From a virus (taxonomy: Duplodnaviria > Caudoviricetes), in IMG/VR virus record IMGVR_UViG_3300046779_002444, positions 1-35,940 of that record: DNA of 35,940 bases; one strand, given 5' to 3'. The position numbers and the translations under genes were made by a program. Of the stretch, positions 27,367-34,522 are shown piece by piece; within the stretch, counting starts at the first letter, position 1; the number at the start of each line of letters is the position of its first letter. The notes beneath the pieces are model-generated. The model saw only the letters and a list, made by a program, of their open reading frames with translations, ran no database searches and had not been told where the DNA came from.

Positions 27367-27860
27367 ATGAAAACAAAAAGTACTCAGAGAAGAATGACGC
27401 TTACTATGATGAGCAGACCAACGAATGGTTGGAAGAAATCTGTGACGATCCGGATTGTGACCTCTGCGTAGGTAGAACACCGACACCAATGACCGATATT
27501 TTTGTCTTTGGTTCTAACCTGGCTGGCCGACACGGTGCTGGTGCCGCCAAGTTTGCACTAGAAAACCATGGTGCCATCTACGGGCAAGGAATTGGTCTAC
27601 AAGGCCAGTCTTATGGTATTCCAACCAAAGATGAGAATATACAAACACTCCCATTAGACAGAATTAAAGTATACATTCAGGAATTCCTAGACTTTGCTTC
27701 CTCTAGACCAGATTTATATTTTAATGTCACTGCCGTGGGCTGCGGCCTCGCTGGGTACAAACCAGACCAAATCGCACCGTTTTTCATACAGTATCCAAAG
27801 AACGTCAAACTACCCATGGAATTTCTAGATGTTCTCTATGCGCCGTTGAGGAAGACCTAA
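27363..27860 (+). CDS. macro-domain-like (A1S_2505-type) protein with N-terminal Cys-rich module
   Basis: IFVFGSNLAGRHGAGAA, SYGIPTK, F.VTAVGCGLAG, IAP.F, NV.LP. Confidence 0.75.
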   Translation: MNENKKYSEKNDAYYDEQTNEWLEEICDDPDCDLCVGRTPTPMTDIFVFGSNLAGRHGAGAAKFALENHGAIYGQGIGLQGQSYGIPTKDENIQTLPLDRIKVYIQEFLDFASSRPDLYFNVTAVGCGLAGYKPDQIAPFFIQYPKNVKLPMEFLDVLYAPLRKT

Positions 27861-28009
27861 TGCGGTATTTCTGGATGCTGCTGAAGGTACTTGCAATGCT
27901 TCTGTATACGTTTGTGCTTTCAGTATTGTTCATCACAATACTTGGTCTTGGTTATGGTATTATCAAAGAATCTTACAAATCTCTTACAGTAAAAGAAGTC
28001 GAAGAATGA
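27860..28009 (+). CDS. small membrane protein (49 aa, not in ORF track)
   Basis: GAGG RBS, TAATG coupling, one long hydrophobic stretch. Confidence 0.55.
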   Translation: MRYFWMLLKVLAMLLYTFVLSVLFITILGLGYGIIKESYKSLTVKEVEE

Positions 28010-28035
28010 GAATCACATCTACTAGGGAGGCACAT

Positions 28036-28170
28036 ATGTCTTGGTTCAAAAAAACACCACCAAAGAACCCACCAAAACCAAAGAACACAGTACATCCGCA
28101 TAAGACCAGTCCAATCACACAGAAACACATGGACGAGGCCAAGAAAACAGGACCAGATAAGAAAGCATAG
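28036..28170 (+). CDS. small Lys/Pro-rich protein (44 aa, not in ORF track)
   Basis: Strong GGAGG RBS; MSWFKKTPPKNPPKPK... Confidence 0.6.
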   Translation: MSWFKKTPPKNPPKPKNTVHPHKTSPITQKHMDEAKKTGPDKKA

Positions 28171-28172
28171 TA

Positions 28173-28463
28173 ATGAACATTCAATATATTATTGCGGGCA
28201 ACCATAGCCAATATATGAATTGGTTATTTAAACAAAAGAAATGGTTATATAACCAAGATAACATTCATTGTCAGTATGTGGGTGGACCAGATATTCTCAG
28301 AGGAATAAGAGATCCACACGGTGTCTTTATCGGTACTTGGTATGAAAGAAAAGATATAGATGACATTCTGATGCAACTTGTTGCTGCCAGTAGAGTAGAT
28401 AACCCAGCTTTAAGAAAAGCAATTGATTATTATGAGGATAAACGATATGAACGAACGAATTAA
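28173..28463 (+). CDS. hypothetical protein
   Basis: IIAGN..Q, YV...D.LRG...PHG.FIGTW.ER.D. Confidence 0.7.
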   Translation: MNIQYIIAGNHSQYMNWLFKQKKWLYNQDNIHCQYVGGPDILRGIRDPHGVFIGTWYERKDIDDILMQLVAASRVDNPALRKAIDYYEDKRYERTN

Positions 28464-28680
28464 ATCATTATTGGCTCAGGCTCATCTAGATGTTATGGAA
28501 AATCTCGGTGATATTGATACTAATGTAGTTGCTGAAAGATTCGCCGAGTTGCTTATAGACGAATGTATCACCCAATGTAGTAAAGCGTTAGTAGAGCACA
28601 CTGGACAACCATCTGTCACACATAACTACGCAGTTGGATTATGCCAAGACAATATTAAAGAACATTTCGGAGTTGAATGA
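28447..28680 (+). CDS. MNERIK-family hypothetical protein
   Basis: MNERIK...FAELL..EC...IKEHFGVE; GAGG RBS. Confidence 0.7.
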   Translation: MNERIKSLLAQAHLDVMENLGDIDTNVVAERFAELLIDECITQCSKALVEHTGQPSVTHNYAVGLCQDNIKEHFGVE

Positions 28681-28901
28681 TGAACGAACGAATTAAAGAA
28701 CTTTCGGAACAGGCTACGGTTATACGAGGTCGTATGCGAGTAATTGACGAAGAAAAGTTAGCCGAGTTACTTATTCAGAAATGCGTTGCTATCTCAGATG
28801 ATTATGTGAAAGATTGTACCTGTGAGGAACATGTAAACTGTAAGCATCCTAGAAGCGCTATTGGTAGAAAGATTAGAGAATACTTTGGAGTTGAAGGATG
28901 A
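28677..28901 (+). CDS. MNERIK-family hypothetical protein (paralog)
   Basis: MNERIKEL...LAELL..KC...IREYFGVE. Confidence 0.7.
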   Translation: MMNERIKELSEQATVIRGRMRVIDEEKLAELLIQKCVAISDDYVKDCTCEEHVNCKHPRSAIGRKIREYFGVEG

Positions 28902-29140
28902 TAGAAATTTTTATACCCGTTCTGTGGGTTTGTATTAACACAAACTGCGAATTCATGCAGGCTGACGGTTACTTCACAAAAGAAGAACAGTGTGAGTTAT
29001 CCATAGAGAATGAAAAACAACATATACATGAATTAGTACGCAGAGCCGGTCAAGGGACTATCACAGTCTTAGAAGGTACTTGTGTAGATGCCACCGTTAA
29101 GGGCATATATGAAAAGAGAGTGAAAGATGAGAGACAGTAA
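28898..29140 (+). CDS. hypothetical protein
   Basis: ATGA coupling; IFIPVL..C....C.F, C, GTC. Confidence 0.65.
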   Translation: MIEIFIPVLWVCINTNCEFMQADGYFTKEEQCELSIENEKQHIHELVRRAGQGTITVLEGTCVDATVKGIYEKRVKDERQ

Positions 29141-29330
29141 AGTACAGAGACTTTCAGAGATACTTGAGAATTCTTTGTTGAGTGATCCAGTAAGGTATTG
29201 TGAAGTGTATAGGGATATTGGTTGTACCCATGTAGACGGTTATCTGTGTGATATGAGGACATGCGATATCCGGCAAAAATTCCTCCTGGAAAAAAATTTC
29301 GTGGATCCATTGGGAGCCCCCAGAAAATAA
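29127..29330 (+). CDS. small Cys/His protein
   Basis: DPV..C..Y...GC.HVDG.LC....C. Confidence 0.6.
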   Translation: MRDSKVQRLSEILENSLLSDPVRYCEVYRDIGCTHVDGYLCDMRTCDIRQKFLLEKNFVDPLGAPRK

Positions 29331-29348
29331 AATATTGGAATAAAGAGT

Positions 29349-29376
29349 TTGACCTGGTGTGGCTTTTTATTATAAT
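29349..29376 (+). promoter_or_regulatory. possible sigma70 promoter facing a non-coding segment
   Basis: TTGACC-16bp-TATAAT. Confidence 0.45.
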
Positions 29377-29414
29377 CAACCATCCTACTGCTCATCCCAC
29401 CCCCACCATGAGCC

Positions 29415-29449
29415 AAAAAAAGGGGCGCCACCCACCAGAGCAGCGCCCC
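29415..29449 (-). terminator. intrinsic terminator of the leftward early block
   Basis: Minus strand GGGGCGC-14nt-GCGCCCC-TTTTTTT. Confidence 0.65.
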
Positions 29450-29493
29450 AAACCCCCCATCCAGCCGAGCCTCAAGGGGGAAGCGAATTCAAA

Positions 29494-30144
29494 TTAAGCA
29501 GCCACAACCTGTAATTTAATAACCTTTGCCATTTTGCGGCCGTGTGCCGGATATCCAACCACTGCCACTGCCTTATCATAGCAAGCACGGCAGCCATTGC
29601 ACTTGCCGCCATGCTCATATGCTTGGCACAATGTCACACCAGCAGGCACTGTATCAGCTGAAGGTAAAATTGTAGAGCCATGCACGCCTTTGGTATATGT
29701 ACCATCCACAGCATCGCTACTACGGCGGACCATGACATTAGGCAGTGCCTCCATTTGAGCCAGTATGGCATCAAATTTAGCGAATTTATACATGCGGGTT
29801 GGCAACCAGTGCTTTACATGGGGCGTAGCTGCCATTACCTCGTACATTTTAACGGCAAGGGAAAGGGAGTACATATCGCCGCTATCAAACCAACGGAAGA
29901 AGCTTTGCTTTTTGAGAGCATCCACCATGGTGTCAACCCAGCCAGCTTCCTGCCATGCGGCTTTATTGTCAGCACGGACTGCCTTAGTACCTTTGAAGGA
30001 GTAGCAACCAGTGGTAGCGTAGCAACCGGAACAAGCGTCAACCAAAGCACCTGAAGCGCTGATGGAACCAGGACAGGTTTCCAGTGCTTGCAAGGACCAG
30101 GACAGGATATTATCTAATTTAGAGGTTTTGGACAGCTTGTTCAT
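29494..30144 (-). CDS. GP88-family (radical-SAM-like) phage protein
   Basis: LS.TSK, TCPG......CSGCYA, FRWFDSGD, HWLPT, PN..VR.S, C.GCRAC. Confidence 0.8.
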   Translation of the reverse strand: MNKLSKTSKLDNILSWSLQALETCPGSISASGALVDACSGCYATTGCYSFKGTKAVRADNKAAWQEAGWVDTMVDALKKQSFFRWFDSGDMYSLSLAVKMYEVMAATPHVKHWLPTRMYKFAKFDAILAQMEALPNVMVRRSSDAVDGTYTKGVHGSTILPSADTVPAGVTLCQAYEHGGKCNGCRACYDKAVAVVGYPAHGRKMAKVIKLQVVAA

Positions 30145-30175
30145 TATTCGTTCGCTTTCTTGATTTGATGGAAGG

Positions 30176-30203
30176 AGTATATCATTGCCACTGAAAATGG
30201 CAA
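30176..30203 (-). promoter_or_regulatory. early promoter L1
   Basis: TTGCCA-16bp-TATACT-CCTTCCAT. Confidence 0.75.
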
Positions 30204-30219
30204 CTGTAAACTTTTTTCT

Positions 30220-30351
30220 TCAAGCCACCAACTGGAGAATTAAATTGGCTCCCTTGGTACATGCACCAGCACAGGCGCTTGCCACCGTCAGCACAGCGGT
30301 GTTATAATATGCGCCCACCAAGGAACCAGTCAAAAAAATGAATACTTTCAT
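30220..30351 (-). CDS. small hydrophobic protein (43 aa)
   Basis: GGAGAG RBS before MKVFIFLTGSLVGAYY. Confidence 0.5.
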   Translation of the reverse strand: MKVFIFLTGSLVGAYYNTAVLTVASACAGACTKGANLILQLVA

Positions 30352-30445
30352 ACTGCTCTCCAAAAAACCATGTCCATGCATATTGTCAACAAAGCGGCAA
30401 CCATCAGGACAAAAAGGATGGCTGCCTCGTATTTTGCAAAATCTA

Positions 30446-30787
30446 TCATATTGTGGAAACGCCTGCTTTGATTTTGGCAGCCAATTCATTGGCTTCACCG
30501 CCGAACACCACGCCCTTGGATGGACGCTTGTTGGCTTTCACTGCTTTGGCACCAACAGCACCAACTGATTTTGCAAGCAGCTTCTCCAAGCGAGCCTGTG
30601 CCTTAGCAATTGCTGCTTCACGCTTTACAGTGGCTGCAGCGGCTTTGGCTTCAGCAGCGGCAATTTTAGTTGCCTTTGCCTGCTCACGGTCAGCAATAAG
30701 CGAAGCACGGAGAGCAGCGATAGCAGCACGCTTTTGGCCAGTGGTCAAGCCGTTAACTGAAGCGCAGGGGAAGAAATAATTGGACAT
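30446..30787 (-). CDS. Ala/Lys-rich helical protein
   Basis: AAGGA RBS; own promoter; AK-rich coiled coil. Confidence 0.7.
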   Translation of the reverse strand: MSNYFFPCASVNGLTTGQKRAAIAALRASLIADREQAKATKIAAAEAKAAAATVKREAAIAKAQARLEKLLAKSVGAVGAKAVKANKRPSKGVVFGGEANELAAKIKAGVSTI

Positions 30788-30820
30788 TTTTTGTTTCCTT
30801 TTTTGTTTACGATGGAATGG

Positions 30821-30848
30821 ATTCTACAGGTTTTGGTGAAAATGGCAA
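30821..30848 (-). promoter_or_regulatory. early promoter L2
   Basis: TTGCCA-16bp-TAGAAT-CCATTCCAT. Confidence 0.75.
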
Positions 30849-30881
30849 TATACTACTTTTTTATTCCAGCGGAATGGTCAA

Positions 30882-31121
30882 TTATACCAATCCTTGAAGC
30901 AATTGGCTGACCCATATTGCTCTGCTGGAATCAACCACGTGGCCATCGCTGGTTTGTATATGGACCCGGACAACCCGGTCAGCCTTACCAAAGCGCTCAC
31001 CAATAGGATCAATACCAAGCACCGTGCTGATATAGAACCAGCCACGGGATCCAAAGGTGCGGATATCGCTGGTAAACTGGTCGCCAATTGTCACTTTATC
31101 ATAGGATGGATTAATTGCCAT
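30882..31121 (-). CDS. hypothetical protein
   Basis: AAGGA RBS directly downstream of promoter L3. Confidence 0.65.
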   Translation of the reverse strand: MAINPSYDKVTIGDQFTSDIRTFGSRGWFYISTVLGIDPIGERFGKADRVVRVHIQTSDGHVVDSSRAIWVSQLLQGLV

Positions 31122-31152
31122 TTCGCTTCCTTTTCAATTCACTATGGAATGG

Positions 31153-31180
31153 AGTATACAGGAATCCAATAGAATGGCAA
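31153..31180 (-). promoter_or_regulatory. early promoter L3
   Basis: TTGCCA-16bp-TATACT-CCATTCCAT. Confidence 0.75.
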
Positions 31181-31213
31181 CTGTAAACTTTTTTCTTCCA
31201 GTGGCCTGTGTGG

Positions 31214-31402
31214 TTATACCGAAGCCACCTTTTTGGTCTTATGCGGACCAGATACAATGGACAGGCCTTGGTCCGTGCAGTATTGGTCCAAAGTGATGGT
31301 CGGATTGGATACATTTAGAGCCCATCGCAGGGGCTTGGTGGCACCAGTGCCATCCTTGACCTTGTACCAAACGAAGCGGATGTAAGAGCATTTATTCATC
31401 AT
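31214..31402 (-). CDS. hypothetical protein, probably leaderless
   Basis: ATG follows the L4 -10 element after a 7-nt spacer; no room for an RBS. Confidence 0.55.
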   Translation of the reverse strand: MMNKCSYIRFVWYKVKDGTGATKPLRWALNVSNPTITLDQYCTDQGLSIVSGPHKTKKVASV

Positions 31403-31409
31403 GGAATGG

Positions 31410-31437
31410 AGTATACCAGAACCAGAGGGAATGGCAA
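31410..31437 (-). promoter_or_regulatory. early promoter L4
   Basis: TTGCCA-16bp-TATACT-CCATTCCAT. Confidence 0.75.
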
Positions 31438-31477
31438 CCAATACTCCAGCGGAGCAACTGAGAACTTTTTTCTTATA

Positions 31478-31505
31478 TTGCCAAAAGCACGGATTCTGGT
31501 ATAAT
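31478..31505 (+). promoter_or_regulatory. early promoter R1
   Basis: TTGCCA-16bp-TATAAT, back-to-back with L4. Confidence 0.7.
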
Positions 31506-31655
31506 GGACGCATGGTTTGAACAGCGGCACTGGGAATGGACGTGGAGGCTGGGCGTTGAAAACGGAAGTACTCAACCGAAACTTTTTTCTTACACCGGCA
31601 CTCAAAATGTAAACTTTTTCATTACAGCCAAAAAACTGAGAACTTTTTCAGTATA

Positions 31656-31683
31656 TTGCCATTCCATCCAAATAGTGTATAAT
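31656..31683 (+). promoter_or_regulatory. early promoter R2
   Basis: TTGCCA-16bp-TATAAT. Confidence 0.75.
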
Positions 31684-31709
31684 ATCATTTTTAACACAGG
31701 AGTATTACA

Positions 31710-31901
31710 ATGGGCAAAATGAATGCTTTATCATTACGATTGGCAGAACTAGAGGAAATGCTGTATACTTTTGGTTTAGGACATGAACCCTTTATACAGG
31801 AATGCAAACTTTTGTGTGAATTGGGGTTTGCCGATGAAGTACAATGTATTATCCATGAATATGAAACAAAAGTATTCAACGGCGAACTAGAGAACTTCTG
31901 A
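31710..31901 (+). CDS. small acidic hypothetical protein
   Basis: AGGAG RBS downstream of R2. Confidence 0.7.
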   Translation: MGKMNALSLRLAELEEMLYTFGLGHEPFIQECKLLCELGFADEVQCIIHEYETKVFNGELENF

Positions 31902-32020
31902 GTAATACTTTGGTTTGCGGTCGGAAAACCTTTGTAATGCTTTGAGGTGCCATCGTGCCTACAGACTAAGACCAAAGCATTACAGTATTCTTACGACATT
32001 ACTGCGTAGGTACTACAAAA

Positions 32021-32070
32021 TTGCACTTTATTGCACTTTATGACACCACGATGCACTATATTGCATTATT
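32021..32070 (+). repeat. 10-bp phased repeats
   Basis: TTGCACTTTA twice, then ATGCACTATA and TTGCATTATT on the same 10-bp register. Confidence 0.65.
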
Positions 32071-32203
32071 ATTACAACTTTTTTCTTACACCTGGCATTG
32101 GTTTAACCTGAAAGTACTAACTAACCTTCAAACCCAACGAAGTTATACAAAAGTACTAATTTCCTGCGACAACGAAGTGATAGGTAAACTTTCCTACTAC
32201 TGG

Positions 32204-32223
32204 TTATCCACAGCATATCCACA
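32204..32223 (+). promoter_or_regulatory. tandem DnaA-box-like sites
   Basis: TTATCCACA (perfect) and ATATCCACA, starts 11 bp apart. Confidence 0.55.
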
Positions 32224-32281
32224 GCAGGTGAAGGTAATACTTTATTATTCCATACCATAAATGGAGTACTTTTTGGTTATA

Positions 32282-32310
32282 TTGCCATTTTCTGGTTTTT
32301 CGCTTATAAT
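32282..32310 (+). promoter_or_regulatory. early promoter R3
   Basis: TTGCCA-17bp-TATAAT. Confidence 0.75.
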
Positions 32311-32349
32311 AATACCATAATTTGAAAACGATAGTACACAAAGGACAAA

Positions 32350-32628
32350 ATGAATACTATTTTCTTCTCTCGTAGGCAAGAATTAAGAAAAGATTACTAT
32401 GTAATACCTTTTTCTTGCTCTGACTTGATGAATGTTAATACGGAAGTATCACATCGTGACAGGTCGGAAAGTGACCATAAAGTAATAGTATCTGTGACGG
32501 ATCGTATTGCTTTAGCATTACATAAAAACGGATACATTCTGCAAGGTATAAACTTTAGTTCTATGACGGTTTCTTGTACTGTGGATGAAATGCAGGTGAA
32601 TTTGAGTACTTTAGTATCACAGCGGTGA
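32350..32628 (+). CDS. hypothetical protein
   Basis: AAGGA RBS downstream of R3. Confidence 0.65.
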   Translation: MNTIFFSRRQELRKDYYVIPFSCSDLMNVNTEVSHRDRSESDHKVIVSVTDRIALALHKNGYILQGINFSSMTVSCTVDEMQVNLSTLVSQR

Positions 32629-32650
32629 AATGGAATACTTTTGCACTAGG

Positions 32651-32679
32651 TTGACAGGTGCAGGATTTTCTGGTAGAAT
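32651..32679 (+). promoter_or_regulatory. early promoter R4
   Basis: TTGACA-17bp-TAGAAT. Confidence 0.75.
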
Positions 32680-32704
32680 GATATTTTATCGGTTAGGAAA
32701 TGAC

Positions 32705-32866
32705 ATGATGACAAAAAATGAAACTATAGCATTAATTATTGAACACCTTGTGAACCAAGGTTATAATGATGCAGATAAATTTGTGAACTATGTTACTACA
32801 ATTCTTCCCATGATGAGTACGGAAGAGTTACAAGCCGAGTTGGCGTGTTTAGAGGAAACTTTATGA
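32705..32866 (+). CDS. small acidic hypothetical protein
   Basis: AGGA RBS; MS.EEL..EL tail. Confidence 0.65.
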   Translation: MMTKNETIALIIEHLVNQGYNDADKFVNYVTTILPMMSTEELQAELACLEETL

Positions 32867-33120
32867 TGACATTTGAAGAAAAAGTGAGAACTTTTCACGT
32901 ACTGTATGAGTTGTATCGCAGTCCCGGTAATACTTCCTTATTCAAAGGCGTGCCTGTTGAAATGCGGGACCGAGTACTTGCGTATTACAAAGCTGTTGGT
33001 CAAAAAGTAAAACTAAGGTATCGTGGTCCTCGGGCACATAGAACCTTTCGTTCACAAAATACTCGCCAAAGCAGTTGTTTGCAGTCGGATGCTACTACTT
33101 TTGCAGTATACATCAGGTAA
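32863..33120 (+). CDS. basic hypothetical protein
   Basis: FKG.P, RYRGPR, CL..DA..FAVY pattern. Confidence 0.7.
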   Translation: MMTFEEKVRTFHVLYELYRSPGNTSLFKGVPVEMRDRVLAYYKAVGQKVKLRYRGPRAHRTFRSQNTRQSSCLQSDATTFAVYIR

Positions 33121-33178
33121 GAGTCAGGATGTAAACTTTAGTTCTCCAGTCAGGTAAACGAGAACTAAGGTGTACAGG

Positions 33179-33207
33179 TTGACAAGTAGGTAGGTTTTTG
33201 ATAGAAT
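33179..33207 (+). promoter_or_regulatory. early promoter R5
   Basis: TTGACA-17bp-TAGAAT-CCTTCCAT. Confidence 0.75.
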
Positions 33208-33236
33208 CCTTCCATCAAATAGAAAAAGGAAACAAA

Positions 33237-33491
33237 ATGCGAAACGAAATGATTATTGAAATGGTTGATGAAATGTTGGATATGGAAGGTGATGTTATCA
33301 TTGGTAATTTGACATTCTCACGCTCACATATTGTCAAGCGCCTTGACCCCATTGCTTATCGTCAAATGGCGTTGGATATTGTCAATTCTCAAATTGAGGA
33401 TTTGCAGTATGACTTGGAACGCTCGGATGATGAGGATGAAATTGCTGCAATTAATGAGCAAATTGCTGAGTTAGAAGATTTTTCATTCTGA
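33237..33491 (+). CDS. acidic hypothetical protein
   Basis: AAGGA RBS; DEMLD..G.V.IG...F..S..K.LDP.AYR. Confidence 0.75.
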   Translation: MRNEMIIEMVDEMLDMEGDVIIGNLTFSRSHIVKRLDPIAYRQMALDIVNSQIEDLQYDLERSDDEDEIAAINEQIAELEDFSF

Positions 33492-33504
33492 TAGGTAAAA
33501 TTAA

Positions 33505-33663
33505 ATGACTTTTATTGTTTTTAATCGTTCGGATGTATTGGAGATTCTACGATACACCAGCTTGAAGTTGGTGCAAGTAGGTGACCTTTGGGTAACAGCA
33601 ATGGCATCGGATGCAGATATCCAGACTTTTGAGTTAAATGGTTGGTCTTACAGAAAAGGTTGA
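33505..33663 (+). CDS. small hypothetical protein (52 aa, not in ORF track)
   Basis: AGGT RBS; fills the operon gap. Confidence 0.6.
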   Translation: MTFIVFNRSDVLEILRYTSLKLVQVGDLWVTAMASDADIQTFELNGWSYRKG

Positions 33664-33672
33664 GGTAAAAAA

Positions 33673-33924
33673 ATGTTTAATCGTGAAAAAGCAATTCAGG
33701 AATTGGTTGATAATGATTTTGATACCGTGATGAATTCTGATTATGGCGTGGAATTGTTGAGGTCCATATTAGATTCAGGTTTCAAAGGTTATCGTGCTAT
33801 GTCCGATGAAGAATTGATTATGGAATTGGAACAGCGTGATATTTACTATTTGTTTGGTTCCGATGACGATGATGGTCAACCTGACGAAGCGCAGGAATGG
33901 CACGATTTTGATCCAGATTGTTGA
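33673..33924 (+). CDS. acidic hypothetical protein with DGQPDEAQEWHDFDPDC tail
   Basis: GAGGT RBS. Confidence 0.75.
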   Translation: MFNREKAIQELVDNDFDTVMNSDYGVELLRSILDSGFKGYRAMSDEELIMELEQRDIYYLFGSDDDDGQPDEAQEWHDFDPDC

Positions 33925-33932
33925 GGTAAAAA

Positions 33933-34127
33933 ATGGATAAAGTGATAAAATCAACGTCCTACGGCGAGGTGGGTATTGATACTGAAGCCAGTCCAGGTAA
34001 CGGTTCGTACTATGTTAAAATGTATGATGGTTCCTATGATGTGGTGGGTTTTGATACACTTGAAGAAGCATGGGCTGAGTTAGAATATGTGGCCTGCGGC
34101 ATTGTTGATGCAGAAATTGAAGATTAA
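33933..34127 (+). CDS. small acidic hypothetical protein
   Basis: GAGGT RBS; GFDTLEEA. Confidence 0.7.
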   Translation: MDKVIKSTSYGEVGIDTEASPGNGSYYVKMYDGSYDVVGFDTLEEAWAELEYVACGIVDAEIED

Positions 34128-34140
34128 TTAAGGAAATATT

Positions 34141-34356
34141 ATGAAATTGCCTTTTGATTGTATGGTTTTGGATACTGAACCAGTTTTGGTTAAAAATAGA
34201 TTTTCTGGTGAAGGTGTGATGTTGACACCTGAAGCAGTTGCCGTGTACGATACCATCATGGGTTCTGAAATGATTGGCGATTATAAAAACGTTCGCAAAG
34301 GACTGGATTGGTTTCGGAAATACTTTCCAGAAGAATATATGGTCCTTTTAGACTGA
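34141..34356 (+). CDS. conserved phage hypothetical protein
   Basis: N.FSGE...L...A.A.YD.I.G.E, GL.WF...FP.EYMVLLD. Confidence 0.75.
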   Translation: MKLPFDCMVLDTEPVLVKNRFSGEGVMLTPEAVAVYDTIMGSEMIGDYKNVRKGLDWFRKYFPEEYMVLLD

Positions 34357-34366
34357 GGTACAAGTA

Positions 34367-34522
34367 ATGACTAACTTGGAATTACGTACAAAACTGCAAG
34401 CAGCACAGTTGTTGCTTTCTGATGTATACCATTATGCGTGTGAAAATGGTTTTATATCGTTAGAATCACAAATGAGTGTTGCTGATTCGTGTATTATTGA
34501 AGCTTTGGATGAATTGGAATGA
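34367..34522 (+). CDS. small hypothetical protein (51 aa, not in ORF track)
   Basis: GAGGT RBS; ATGA overlap with the next gene. Confidence 0.6.
   Translation: MTNLELRTKLQAAQLLLSDVYHYACENGFISLESQMSVADSCIIEALDELE

Noticed and set aside
1063-29431. Numerous minus-strand and nested alternative-frame ORFs in the track
   Set aside because: They are shadows of well-supported plus-strand genes, with no RBS or recognisable motifs
29261-29497. 78-aa Pro-rich ORF
   Set aside because: It overlaps a better gene, a promoter and a terminator; the Pro richness reflects C runs
29680-31172. Plus-strand ORFs 29680-30054, 29765-30004, 30338-30568, 30453-30779 and 30894-31172
   Set aside because: Antisense to minus-strand genes that have promoters and RBSs
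30160-31690. Semi-regular repeats read as a CRISPR array
   Set aside because: The repeats are -35/-10 promoter units separated by genes, with irregular spacing; no cas genes are present
32021-32260. 79-aa ORF in the origin-like region
   Set aside because: TTG start within repeats, no RBS, and it runs across regulatory motifs
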